Below are positions 25,542 through 34,862 of a stretch of DNA of 64,000 bases, one piece after another. The translations under genes were made by a program, and so were the position numbers. The notes under the pieces are model-generated. The model ran no database searches, was not told the DNA's origin, and was given only the letters and a program-made list of their open reading frames with translations. The DNA comes from an uncultured bacterium (lineage in GTDB: Bacteria > Planctomycetota > DG-23 > CBDVDV01), in assembly GCA_965372835.1 (NCBI GenBank), contig CBDVDV010000003.1, positions 71 to 64,070 on the forward strand, written 5' to 3'. Each line of letters opens with the position of its first letter. Positions within the stretch are counted from its first letter, which is position 1.

Positions 25542-26728
25542 GTCCCTGGCTGGTGGGCTTCCTGGGCGCGCAGGCGTTCATCCTGGGATTGTGGATGTAC
25601 CGCTACTGGCGGCTGAGTTGGGCGCTGCGAAATGAGCCGAGCCTGTCCGTGGACCCGCCCGGCGAGTTCGTGGACCCGCCGTTGGTTTCCGTCATTGTCC
25701 CGGCGCGAAACGAAGAGGCGAACATCCCCGCCTGTCTGGACAGCCTGCTGGCTCAGAGTTACCCCCGCCGGGAGATCATCGTTGTCGATGACCGTTCCCA
25801 GGACGACACCGCCCAGGTCGTTCGCCGGTACCAGGGCCAGCACTCCGAAGTGCGTCTCATTCAGGTCGATCACCTTCCCGCTGGCTGGACCGGCAAGACC
25901 CACGCCCTGGCCCAGGCCGCTGGAGAGGCCCGAGGCGATTGGCTCCTGTTCGTGGACGCAGACATGCGCCTCCACGAACACAATCTGGCCAACGCTGTGG
26001 CCTACGCCCAGGAGCGCGGGGTCGACCTGCTCACCCTTTTGGCGCGTACGGACTGTCAGACGTTCTGGGAGGGTGTGCTCCAGCCCCTGCTGGGAAGCAT
26101 GCTGATGCTTCGTTTCCCGCTGCTCACGGTCAACGATCCCAACCATCGACTGGCTTTCGCCAACGGGCAGTACATCCTCATCCGTCGGTCCTGCTACCGG
26201 GCCCTGGGAGGCCACGAGGCCGTGCGCGCTCAACTCCTGGAGGACATCGCCCTGGCCAACCGGGCCAAAGCGCAAGGCCTCCGACTGGCACTGCTCCACG
26301 GGTACCGGGCCGCCAGTGTGCGCATGTACGGGTCGTTCGTGGACATGTGGAGGGGTTGGCGGCGCATCTACATCCACGCCTTCGGACGAAGTGTCTGGCG
26401 TCTCCTCTTGAGCATCCTGCTCATTCTTGTCCTTTCACTCAACCCCACGATCATCACCGTTGCCGGCGCTGTGGGGGTGCTGGCTGGTGGGACGAGCGCG
26501 ATCTGGTGGTGGTTGCTGGTGCTGGGGGTCAGTCAGATCATTGCCTTGCTTTCTGTAGTCTACCGGATGTACACGCGGCTTATCCTGGCCGACCCTCGGT
26601 ATCTGCCCCTCTATGTGGTAGCCATGGTGGTGGGAGCAGGCATCTTCCTGGATGCCCTGCTCAGCGTTCTGCTGCGGCGGGAACTTGTCTGGCGGGGAAC
26701 CGCCTATCCTTCCGTCACCCACGAGTGA
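25538..26728 (+). CDS. Family 2 glycosyltransferase with C-terminal multi-TM domain
   Basis: VSVIVPARNEEANIPACLDSLLAQSYPRREIIVVDDRSQDDT GT2 signature. Start ATG overlaps the DUF1638-like stop (ATGA). C-terminal hydrophobic helices. Confidence 0.75.
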   Translation: MSPWLVGFLGAQAFILGLWMYRYWRLSWALRNEPSLSVDPPGEFVDPPLVSVIVPARNEEANIPACLDSLLAQSYPRREIIVVDDRSQDDTAQVVRRYQGQHSEVRLIQVDHLPAGWTGKTHALAQAAGEARGDWLLFVDADMRLHEHNLANAVAYAQERGVDLLTLLARTDCQTFWEGVLQPLLGSMLMLRFPLLTVNDPNHRLAFANGQYILIRRSCYRALGGHEAVRAQLLEDIALANRAKAQGLRLALLHGYRAASVRMYGSFVDMWRGWRRIYIHAFGRSVWRLLLSILLILVLSLNPTIITVAGAVGVLAGGTSAIWWWLLVLGVSQIIALLSVVYRMYTRLILADPRYLPLYVVAMVVGAGIFLDALLSVLLRRELVWRGTAYPSVTHE

Positions 26729-26751
26729 GCCCGGGGCCGGCTCCCGGGCCC

Positions 26752-27984
26752 TCATTTGAAGATGAAACCCCGCCGAGGAGGCTGCGGCTTCCGTGGTTCG
26801 TAGGGGGCAGGCAGGCGGTGTTTGGCCAGCCAGCGCTCGATGGCGGGAAAGACGTCACGTGGAGCGTAGCGGCCGATGACCAAGTCCAGGTGGCCGTAGT
26901 TGATGGTGTCGTTGTTGACCACGGCAAAGATGTGAAATGCTTTGTCCTGAGACCCGATATGGTTGTACACGTAACGGATGCTCTCCGGCTCGGCGATCAG
27001 GTCCACCAGCCCACCGGCCACAAAGCAAGGCACCGTGATCTTCTGCAGCTCCTGCTCCTGCGCGTAGTTGACCTCACCGTCGTGGCTGCGCATGTTCCCG
27101 GTCTTCACGAACTCCACCATCTGCTCCAGGACTCCGGTAGGGATATCCTCCACCCCCTTGGTGTAGAGCTCTCGGAGCACGGAGCGATCAACGTTGCGTG
27201 GGTTGTACATGGCGGCCCTGACGCCATTGCGCTGACCGAGAATCTGCCAGGACGCCGGCACGCTGGCGTTGATGAGGAAGTTGATCAGTTTGAAGAGTTC
27301 CTTGTTGTCGGCAAACCCCCGCAGAAACTCGTTGGGGGGGTGGGGGACGGTCAGCGGGGACCCCAGGGTAGTGATAGTGGCCAGGCCCTCGTCACCGAAG
27401 CGCTCGACATAGGCGTAGATGATGACGCCCCCCATGCTGTGGCCCACCCAGTGCACGGCCGGAGCCCCGGTCTGCTCGCGCACCGCGGCCAGGATGGCGG
27501 GGACGTCGTACTCGACGTAGTCGTCCATGGTCCAGTTGAGCGTGTTGGGGTCGATGATGCGCAGGGACAGTTCGCTGGGAAGCTCGGGGAGCACCGGGCG
27601 AATGAGTCGGCGTATCAGCACGAACCCGTGCTTGGTGGAGCGGCCTGCTCCCCGTAGGGCCGGCACCCAGACGTCGTAGCCCCGCCCGGCGAGGTACCGT
27701 GCCAGGCTCACCTTTTCGCGCAGGTCCCAGAAATGGTCGTTGCAGTTGAGCCCGTGGCACAGGACCACGGGCGCCCGTGAGGGGTCCACCACCTCGGGTT
27801 CGAATCGGCGGAGGGACAGACGCCAGCCGTCCGCGGTATCGATGCGAACACGGTAGGTTGAAGTGACCGGCTGCTGACATCCGGAAAAGAGCAGGAGAGC
27901 GGCCACCGCGGCCACCGCCGCCCACCTCGTCACTCGCTCCCCACCACCGGCCCGCTGAGGGGCTACTGCATTTTCAGGACCCAT
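26752..27984 (-). CDS. Alpha/beta-hydrolase fold protein (secreted esterase/lipase-like)
   Basis: GHSMGG nucleophile-elbow motif. N-terminal hydrophobic segment. Confidence 0.65.
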   Translation of the reverse strand: MGPENAVAPQRAGGGERVTRWAAVAAVAALLLFSGCQQPVTSTYRVRIDTADGWRLSLRRFEPEVVDPSRAPVVLCHGLNCNDHFWDLREKVSLARYLAGRGYDVWVPALRGAGRSTKHGFVLIRRLIRPVLPELPSELSLRIIDPNTLNWTMDDYVEYDVPAILAAVREQTGAPAVHWVGHSMGGVIIYAYVERFGDEGLATITTLGSPLTVPHPPNEFLRGFADNKELFKLINFLINASVPASWQILGQRNGVRAAMYNPRNVDRSVLRELYTKGVEDIPTGVLEQMVEFVKTGNMRSHDGEVNYAQEQELQKITVPCFVAGGLVDLIAEPESIRYVYNHIGSQDKAFHIFAVVNNDTINYGHLDLVIGRYAPRDVFPAIERWLAKHRLPAPYEPRKPQPPRRGFIFK

Positions 27985-28787
27985 CGGATGATCTCTTCAG
28001 AAAAAGGCTGTGGGTCGGATTCAAACTCCAGCGTGTGCTGCGCCTGCGGGTACACCACGAGGCGCTTGCGACCATCAGCCACCGCCTGGAAGAAGCGCCT
28101 CAACTTCAGGTTGTCGAGGATCCTATCCTCCCCAGCCAGAAAAAGCAACAGGGGAAGCCGGAGCGCCGGGGCCTTGCCCCGAAGCAGGCGGTCGAGCCAG
28201 CGGGAGGCCATCAGGAACCGGGCCGTCGCTCGGTGCAGGCTCAGGGGATCGGTGGCGATGTAGCGTACCCGGTCGGGGTTGGCCGTGAACAGGTGAGGGT
28301 CATCCAGGGGGACAGGGAAGAGCCGTCGCGGCTGCCAGAAGCGCCAGAAAAGCACGGCCAGTTTGCCAATCGGGCGCAGGTCCACCTGGGGGAAGAGGCC
28401 GGGGGCCACGAGGATGAGGCTCCGGAGCAGGTGCCGGTATCGCAGGGCAAAGGCCGTGGCCAACTTCCCACCCCAGGAAATCCCCACCAGGTGGAGCGGC
28501 CGCCCGGGGAAGAGCCGGCGGGCCTCCACCACCGTTCGTCGCACGTCCTCCAAGAGGACCCGGTAGTTGGGGGTGTCGCCGCGATTGTTGCTGTTCATGC
28601 CCGACCCCCGCCGGTCGGGTGCTATCACCGCCACCCCGGCCCGGGCCAACCGCTCAGCGGATCCTATATACCATCCGCTATGGCTCTGAATGCCATGGAG
28701 CATCACCACAAGGGCCCGGCACTCGGGCACAGACCAGACTCGCTCCCACAGGCCGGTGGCCGCCGAGCGCTGGACCGTTGGCTGCAC
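27963..28787 (-). CDS. Alpha/beta-hydrolase (lysophospholipase/monoacylglycerol-lipase-like)
   Basis: HGIQSHSGWY and GISWGG (GxSxG) motifs. Confidence 0.65.
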   Translation of the reverse strand: MQPTVQRSAATGLWERVWSVPECRALVVMLHGIQSHSGWYIGSAERLARAGVAVIAPDRRGSGMNSNNRGDTPNYRVLLEDVRRTVVEARRLFPGRPLHLVGISWGGKLATAFALRYRHLLRSLILVAPGLFPQVDLRPIGKLAVLFWRFWQPRRLFPVPLDDPHLFTANPDRVRYIATDPLSLHRATARFLMASRWLDRLLRGKAPALRLPLLLFLAGEDRILDNLKLRRFFQAVADGRKRLVVYPQAQHTLEFESDPQPFSEEIIRWVLKMQ

Positions 28788-28799
28788 GGATGGCCCCTT

Positions 28800-30002
28800 T
28801 TACCAGGGAACTGCTGATTGCCTGACGCAGAATCGTTCGAGAACTCGCTGGCGGACCGTCACTCCCAGACCGGGCCCCCTCAAGGCCGGGGCCCAGCCAC
28901 CAGTGCCAAAGGTGATGTCGGGCTCCGTCAACTGCACCGACAACAGATAGCGGTCGTAGGCGCCTTCCAGATATTCCAGGTGGTTGAGGGTACAAGCCAA
29001 GTGTCGGCCGGCCGCCGACAGCAAACCCGTCTCACCGACCTGACAACCCAACTGGGCCCGCCCCCCGGCCTCCCGGACCGCCGCCAGCAGGCGCACGCTC
29101 GCCAACACCCCACCACACTTGGAGATGCGGATGTTAACCAGGTCGCACCACCCCCTGGAGAGGGCGTGCTTGGCCTCGGCCAGGCTTCGCACCGACTCAT
29201 CCAACATGACCGGGGTACCCAGTTCCCTCAAGTAGGGCAGGGCCTCTTCCTGTCCGGGCGCCACCGGCTGTTCGATGCAGTTGAGTTTGTACGGTGCGAT
29301 CGCTTCCAGGGCTGCCCGGGCGTCGGTCACCGTCCAGGCCCCATTGGCGTCGAGGCGAAGGTCGTTGCGGCCCAGGGCGCGGCGGAGCCACTGTACTCGC
29401 TTCGCGTCCTCCTCGGGGCCGAAGCCCACCTTGGCCTTGAAGTGGTGGAAGCCGGCCAGAAGCATGGCTCCGGCGATCAGGCATTCGCGCCAGAGGGGGG
29501 CGCTGGAGATCACTGCCGAGTACTGCACGAAAGGGCTGGGCTGAAGATCGTCGGGTTCAGCAACCCGGGTCACCACGTCGGACAGGGAGAAACGGAGCGC
29601 GTGGCCGAAGGCGTCCAGCAGAGCGGTTTCACAGGCGCACCAGTAGGCGTAGGGGAGGTAACGCCGGGCTTGCTCAGTGTGGCCTGCGGAGGGCGGGCCC
29701 GGCCCGGTTGCCTCTGAGGTCAGCGTGTGGTCGTTCAGCCAGCCGATGAGTTCGTCGAGGGTTTCCGCCCGGCAGCCGAGCAGGGCCCGGCCCCAGTGGC
29801 TGAACTCCCGAAAGCATGTCTCCGGGGTCTCGCCGGTGACGTAGCCGCGGGGCACGCCTTCGCCCCAGCCTTCGGTCTCGTCGTCCAGGGTCACCTGGCA
29901 GACCACGTTGTCGGCGACGGCGCGTTCGGCGACGGCGTGTTTGAAGCGCCGACGCAGCGGTATCTGCACTTGATAGAGGCGAACAGAGTGAACGCCTGGC
30001 AC
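28800..30002 (-). CDS. Enolase-superfamily enzyme (mandelate racemase/muconate-lactonizing, OSBS/N-acylamino-acid racemase-like)
   Basis: KAKVG (KxK), LDANGAW, IEQP and LMLDES metal-ligand/catalytic motifs of the MR/MLE subgroup. Confidence 0.7.
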   Translation of the reverse strand: MPGVHSVRLYQVQIPLRRRFKHAVAERAVADNVVCQVTLDDETEGWGEGVPRGYVTGETPETCFREFSHWGRALLGCRAETLDELIGWLNDHTLTSEATGPGPPSAGHTEQARRYLPYAYWCACETALLDAFGHALRFSLSDVVTRVAEPDDLQPSPFVQYSAVISSAPLWRECLIAGAMLLAGFHHFKAKVGFGPEEDAKRVQWLRRALGRNDLRLDANGAWTVTDARAALEAIAPYKLNCIEQPVAPGQEEALPYLRELGTPVMLDESVRSLAEAKHALSRGWCDLVNIRISKCGGVLASVRLLAAVREAGGRAQLGCQVGETGLLSAAGRHLACTLNHLEYLEGAYDRYLLSVQLTEPDITFGTGGWAPALRGPGLGVTVRQRVLERFCVRQSAVPW

Positions 30003-30104
30003 CAGGGCCTCCCCCGGGGAACCCGTCTGTCTCAGGCAGCCACAGAGGCGCGGTCGGCTATCGGCCTTCCGTCGAGGCGGACCGTCCGGGCGCAGCAGAT
30101 CGTG

Positions 30105-30896
30105 CTACCACAACACCTGAGGGTCAAAATCGTCATCGGTCAGGCCTACGTTGAGTTGCAGGTCTTTGAAGCTGTAGGCTTCCTGGAGCTGATGGCGGGC
30201 ATCGTAGGTGATGACCCGGATGGGGAGCAAGAGTTCGGTGTCGATGTTCCAGTAGCGGTAGCCACCATCCTCCAGGACGCGCATGATCTTGTAGGTTGGC
30301 CGGCCGAGGTAGCGCTCGGCGCCCAGATACCGAGCCCGTAAGTCACCCCGGTCGCGGGCCTGGCGGCACTGCACGTAGAGGCGCTTGGTGATGTGGCCGA
30401 TGCCGGCCTCGGTTATGGGGTGACGGTTTTCCTGCATGGCCTCGGCGCCGGTGGGCGAGAAGGTGAAGATGCTTTCGAAGCCGAAGAGGTCGCCGAGATA
30501 GGCGACCATCTTGCCGTCGAAACGACCTTCCTGGTACACCACCTCGCGACCCTTGTGAGGGGCTTCGAGCCAACGCATATGGATGGAGAGTGGTTCCTGG
30601 CGCACCTTGAGTTCAATGGTACGAGTGGGGAGCATCCGGCCACCCACGCGCTCGGTCTTCAGGAAGATGCAGGTTGAATCCTGGAGCTCTCCCCGGCGCT
30701 GCCAGGCCTGTTGCGCCAGTTCCCAGGGGTCGGGTAGCGGTGAGCCGGACGCGGACTCGGCCGGCTGCTCTCCTGCCAGCAGTGCCGCAAGCACCATCGC
30801 CAGCAGAACGACCGTCACCCGCCGACGCAGGACGGTCTTGCTGCGGGCCTCAGGGTCCGAGGATTTTGAAGATGCTGAAGATCTTGTCCTTGTCAA
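30105..30896 (-). CDS. Secreted hypothetical protein, paralog A (ENRHPITEAGIG motif)
   Basis: Signal peptide. Shares the ENRHPIT(E/K)AG(I/V)G block and overall similarity with the adjacent gene 30850..31731. Confidence 0.55.
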   Translation of the reverse strand: MTRTRSSASSKSSDPEARSKTVLRRRVTVVLLAMVLAALLAGEQPAESASGSPLPDPWELAQQAWQRRGELQDSTCIFLKTERVGGRMLPTRTIELKVRQEPLSIHMRWLEAPHKGREVVYQEGRFDGKMVAYLGDLFGFESIFTFSPTGAEAMQENRHPITEAGIGHITKRLYVQCRQARDRGDLRARYLGAERYLGRPTYKIMRVLEDGGYRYWNIDTELLLPIRVITYDARHQLQEAYSFKDLQLNVGLTDDDFDPQVLW

Positions 30897-31731
30897 ATTG
30901 CTTCTCTGTGACCTTGGGGTCGTTCAACTTAATGTTCCTGTACCTGACGTCTTCCAAGACGATGCCGTTCCAGTTGACGGTCTGAATTTTGACTGGGTAC
31001 CCCCACTCCAGGTCCAGTTCCAGAACGGCTTTGTGGCAGTAGTAGAAGTCCCGTTTGGGTAGTTTGCGGGCAATTCTGATGGTAGGTCGGCCGCCGACCA
31101 CTCCTCGGCCCAGATACTCGAAGGCCTCGGGTGCGTCACCGGCTTTCTCGGCCAGTTCGCACTGGTCCAGCAGGGAGTCCATCAGCCTGCCCACTCCTGC
31201 TTTGGTAATCGGGTGGCGGTTTTCCTTCATCACCACCGGGTCGCGCAGCTCGAAGGAGAAGGGGGGCAGGAGCCGCAGCAAGGGGTGCTTGACCCAGACC
31301 TTGTCCTCGTATTTGCCGTGGACGTAGAGGGCTTCGAGCCCTTCGATGGGCCCCTTTTCCCAGTACAGGTAGACGGCCCAGGGGCCGCCCTTCTCACGCA
31401 CGCGGATCCGAATCCTCTCCCACTTGCTCAGCCCGCCGGGCTTCTCCGATTTGTTCTGTCGGCGCTCCAGCGTGGCTGAAAAGTGCCTGACCTCCCGATG
31501 GTAGCGCGCTCGGGCCTCACGCAGGACATCGGGAAACAGGTTGGGTTGCTTCGCCAGGGCCTCCACGCGAGGGTTCGGCTCGGCCAGGCTGTTCGGGGGC
31601 GCTGCCATCGCGACCAGACCGAGGAGCAGGCCCACTCGCAGGGGTAGTGGGAGTCTTCGCCGGACCCACCGCAGACCCCCGGCGAACCTGCCGGCGCCGC
31701 CGGACACGCTTTCCAGGGCTCTCCATGACAT
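30850..31731 (-). CDS. Secreted hypothetical protein, paralog B (ENRHPITKAGVG motif)
   Basis: Signal peptide (LLLGLVAMAAP). Paralogous to 30105..30896. Confidence 0.55.
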   Translation of the reverse strand: MSWRALESVSGGAGRFAGGLRWVRRRLPLPLRVGLLLGLVAMAAPPNSLAEPNPRVEALAKQPNLFPDVLREARARYHREVRHFSATLERRQNKSEKPGGLSKWERIRIRVREKGGPWAVYLYWEKGPIEGLEALYVHGKYEDKVWVKHPLLRLLPPFSFELRDPVVMKENRHPITKAGVGRLMDSLLDQCELAEKAGDAPEAFEYLGRGVVGGRPTIRIARKLPKRDFYYCHKAVLELDLEWGYPVKIQTVNWNGIVLEDVRYRNIKLNDPKVTEKQFDKDKIFSIFKILGP

Positions 31732-31758
31732 GACGGTCTCCCAAACTGGGTGGACGAA

Positions 31759-32856
31759 TCAGTACTTGAAGCGTTTGCGGAAGAACTTGATCCTCTTGGC
31801 TACGTCCATGGCGTTGTGTTTGCAGAACTCGTGGCAGCAGAAGCAACTGATGCAGCGCCGCTTGTCAATGACCGGATAGGGGTCCAGGGTAACCGCCTCC
31901 ACGGGGCAGTGCCGGGCGCACATGCCGCAGCGGACGCATTTCTCTTTGATGAGTATGGGCTGGCTGACCATGACGTGGGTGAGCAGTCGCGCGGCCAGGG
32001 TTTCCACCCAGCCGCCGCTCAGACTGCTCGGGAGTTTGTAGTTGGGCAGTGGGGCCAGGTCACCGTTCAGGGAAAGGTCGTTGGGGTCGATGCTCCCCAG
32101 GGCCCGCGCCGCCGCCACCGACAGCAACGGCACCTTCTCGGGCGGAGCTCCCATCAGGGTGGCCACCACGGCGTCGACCTCCACGCCGTTGGTCCCGGCA
32201 ATGATGACCCCGGCCTCGTAGAGTTCATCGCTGGAAGGGCCCTTGCCCTCCATGGCCACGATGCCGTCCACGACGACGAAATCAGGAGGACGCAGTTGAT
32301 AAACGTCCACCACCAGTTCGCTGAAGTTCCAGGCCCCCAAGGCGCGCCGGTGCAGTTCCGACTTTTGCCCGCCCACCAGGTGACCGAATGCGTTCTTCAC
32401 GGCCGCGGTCAGCGTGGTCACCAGGTGGGTCTTCATTTTGGGAACGGTGATGAGCACATCGGCATCCATGACCTGGTGGCTGACCAGTACCTCGTCGACG
32501 AAACGGGACTTGATAGGCACGCTGCGGGCGCCCTCACTGAGGTTGACGTAGGTTCCGTTACAGACGGCGAGGATGCCGGCCCGTTGGGCGCACTCAAGGT
32601 TGGCCCCGTAGCCGCGCATGCCCGGGTTGTCTCCCACCATGACCTCGCGGGGACCGCGCCGGCGCACTTCCTTCAGCACCGCAGCCACCACGGCCGGGTG
32701 GGTGGTGATGTGCCGTTCGACTTCGAAGGGGCCTAAGATGTTGGGCTTGACCAGGACCGACTTCCCGGTCACATCCAGGGGGAGGTCCTCAAAGGCCTGG
32801 CGGACGACCTGCTCGACCGTCTCGTAGGAACTCCGGTAGATGGCGACCGTTCCCAT
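31759..32856 (-). CDS. DUF362 domain iron-sulfur protein (2x 4Fe-4S ferredoxin motifs)
   Basis: DUF362 hallmark VVVDGIVAMEGKGP. C-terminal CVRCGMCARHCP and CISCFCCHEFC ferredoxin-type clusters. Confidence 0.7.
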   Translation of the reverse strand: MGTVAIYRSSYETVEQVVRQAFEDLPLDVTGKSVLVKPNILGPFEVERHITTHPAVVAAVLKEVRRRGPREVMVGDNPGMRGYGANLECAQRAGILAVCNGTYVNLSEGARSVPIKSRFVDEVLVSHQVMDADVLITVPKMKTHLVTTLTAAVKNAFGHLVGGQKSELHRRALGAWNFSELVVDVYQLRPPDFVVVDGIVAMEGKGPSSDELYEAGVIIAGTNGVEVDAVVATLMGAPPEKVPLLSVAAARALGSIDPNDLSLNGDLAPLPNYKLPSSLSGGWVETLAARLLTHVMVSQPILIKEKCVRCGMCARHCPVEAVTLDPYPVIDKRRCISCFCCHEFCKHNAMDVAKRIKFFRKRFKY

Positions 32857-32860
32857 GTGC

Positions 32861-33916
32861 CTACCCAGTCGGTTTCAGAGCGAAGTAGCCGTGCCCCACG
32901 ATGTCAAAGACCCGCTCCATCGCAATTTCGTAGCCAGCCTCCCCGAACAGAGCGCGCCATCGGTGAGCCGGAAGAATGACCTGGTTGGTCAGTTGATGGA
33001 ACAGGTGATGCTCCACGAAGGCCGTGGGCCGTCGCCGCAGACGCTCCCGCGACTGCAGACAAAACTCGGCAACCACAAGCGCGCTGCGTGGAAACGCCTC
33101 CCTGAGTTCCTCCAAGAGTTTTCGAATGCGACTCTCGCCCTCAGACAGATACTCATGAAAAACGTCGATGGCAGTCAGTGCCTCGACGTCGCCCCAGCGC
33201 CGACGAAGGTCACCCACGGCGAACATATCGGCCTGGTGCACCTGTATTCTATGGGCGAAGGCGCTCTCCTGCAACCTCTTTTCCGCATGGGCAACGGCGG
33301 CAGCGTTGTTGTCAATGCCAATGCAGCTCACCGGCAGCTCCTGACAGAGGAGGAAAAGGAACTCCAGGTCGCCGCAGCCCAGGTCCAGCACCTGGCGCAC
33401 ACCTAACTTCCGGAGAAGGTCACACATGACCGGAAAGGGAAGTTGGCGGCCGAGTTGGCCGCTGCCCATGGCGATGTACTCACCCCGACGATGCAGGTCC
33501 ACGCCGACATGCCTTTTCCCGCGCAGCAGTTCCGGCAGGGCCACGAAAATGGGCTCGTAGCCGTAGGCCAGGTCGAAGACGCCCCGGGGCTCGGCCAGCA
33601 GAGCGGCCAGCCTCCCAGTGGGGTGACAAAGGCCGTCCTCGAAGCGGGTCAGTCCCAGGGCGTCCAAGTACTCACACAGGCTCTCCAGGATCGCTTCCTG
33701 GAGACCTCGCTCCCGGGCGTAAGGAAGGATGGCGAGTCTCCCCCGGCTGAGCAGTCGGTCGAGGAAGCCCTCCTGGGTCAGGGCCCAAAGGATGCGGGTG
33801 GTAACGTAGCCACGCAGGTAGGGGAGGGCCCGATCATGGCGGTACTTTCGGCGAACCAGAGCGCGGAGGCCAAACAGTCTGATGAGTTGCCAGAGTTGTT
33901 TCAGCGTCTCCTTCAC
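32861..33916 (-). CDS. Class I SAM-dependent methyltransferase
   Basis: VLDLGCGDLEF motif I. Within the biosynthetic cluster. Confidence 0.65.
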   Translation of the reverse strand: MKETLKQLWQLIRLFGLRALVRRKYRHDRALPYLRGYVTTRILWALTQEGFLDRLLSRGRLAILPYARERGLQEAILESLCEYLDALGLTRFEDGLCHPTGRLAALLAEPRGVFDLAYGYEPIFVALPELLRGKRHVGVDLHRRGEYIAMGSGQLGRQLPFPVMCDLLRKLGVRQVLDLGCGDLEFLFLLCQELPVSCIGIDNNAAAVAHAEKRLQESAFAHRIQVHQADMFAVGDLRRRWGDVEALTAIDVFHEYLSEGESRIRKLLEELREAFPRSALVVAEFCLQSRERLRRRPTAFVEHHLFHQLTNQVILPAHRWRALFGEAGYEIAMERVFDIVGHGYFALKPTG

Positions 33917-33953
33917 CGGCGAGCGGACCCCCTGGCGTCGAGCGTGGTTCCCA

Positions 33954-34862
33954 TCAGCGCTTGCGTCCCACGAGGATGGAGTAGATGCCCAGGGGTTCGG
34001 AGCGGACAGTGAAATTGGTGTAGCCGGCGTCGCTCAGCAGCCGGCGCAGGTGGTCGGGTTCTCGGTAGTTCACGTGAAGTCCCAGCACGGTCCGTAAGAA
34101 TCGGTCCGAGCCGTGGGCCGGCTGGATGCTGTTGGCCACGAAGGTGCCTCCGGAGGGGGCAGCCTTGTACATGGCCTTGAGCAGGTCGGCCACCTGCTCG
34201 TCGGTGAAGTACTCCAAGATGCCCACGGCCACGACGATGTCGGGCTGGACGTCGATGAGCTTATCGATTTCCAGGACGTTGCCCTGGATGAAGGTGATAC
34301 GGTCGGCCAGGCCCAACCGTTGGGCCAGCTCCAGTCCGAAGCTCACGGCCCCGCCGGAAAGGTCCACCATATAAGCGTGGCTGTCGGAATTCGGCGCAAG
34401 CCGCATCGCCTCCATAATGTTGTGACCAGTGCCCGCGGCCACCCCCACGATGTGGATCGGCCCCTGGTGGCTGAAGACGAGTTCGCGCAGTACCCCGCTC
34501 ACCGAGAAAGCCCTGCCAACGGGGGAACCGAGAACTGGGTGTTTGAAGATGAGTTCGCTCAGCATCCGGGTCACCAGGCGCTTGCGGTTGCGCAGAGCCA
34601 TGGGAAAGGAACCGTATTTCTGCACCAACTTGTCGATTGCCCCTTGGGCCTCCTGGTCTTCGTAACTGAGACGCATGCATTCCCAACTCCCCGGCTCCCT
34701 CACGCAGGCGTCCACCAGGGGGCTGCGGCCGCGCAGCAGCGCCCGCAGCAACCAGCGGGGAAGGATGTAGTTGATCATGGGGTTGATGAACCAGTCGCGC
34801 ATCACCCGGTTCCCGGTGGTCAACGCTTCGAACTGGATGCCGTCGATCTCAACGTACTTCAT
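33954..34862 (-). CDS. Class I SAM-dependent methyltransferase
   Basis: Rossmann MTase-like glycine-rich motif (IVGVAAGTGHN) and an acidic residue after beta-2. Adjacent to the second MTase. Confidence 0.55.
   Translation of the reverse strand: MKYVEIDGIQFEALTTGNRVMRDWFINPMINYILPRWLLRALLRGRSPLVDACVREPGSWECMRLSYEDQEAQGAIDKLVQKYGSFPMALRNRKRLVTRMLSELIFKHPVLGSPVGRAFSVSGVLRELVFSHQGPIHIVGVAAGTGHNIMEAMRLAPNSDSHAYMVDLSGGAVSFGLELAQRLGLADRITFIQGNVLEIDKLIDVQPDIVVAVGILEYFTDEQVADLLKAMYKAAPSGGTFVANSIQPAHGSDRFLRTVLGLHVNYREPDHLRRLLSDAGYTNFTVRSEPLGIYSILVGRKR

Noticed and set aside
26729-26751. GC-rich hairpin (GCCCGGG-GCCGGCT-CCCGGGC) between convergent GT2 and alpha/beta-hydrolase genes as a bidirectional terminator.
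   Set aside because: The stem is only 7 bp and there is no U-run on either strand. It may contribute to termination, but the evidence is weak.
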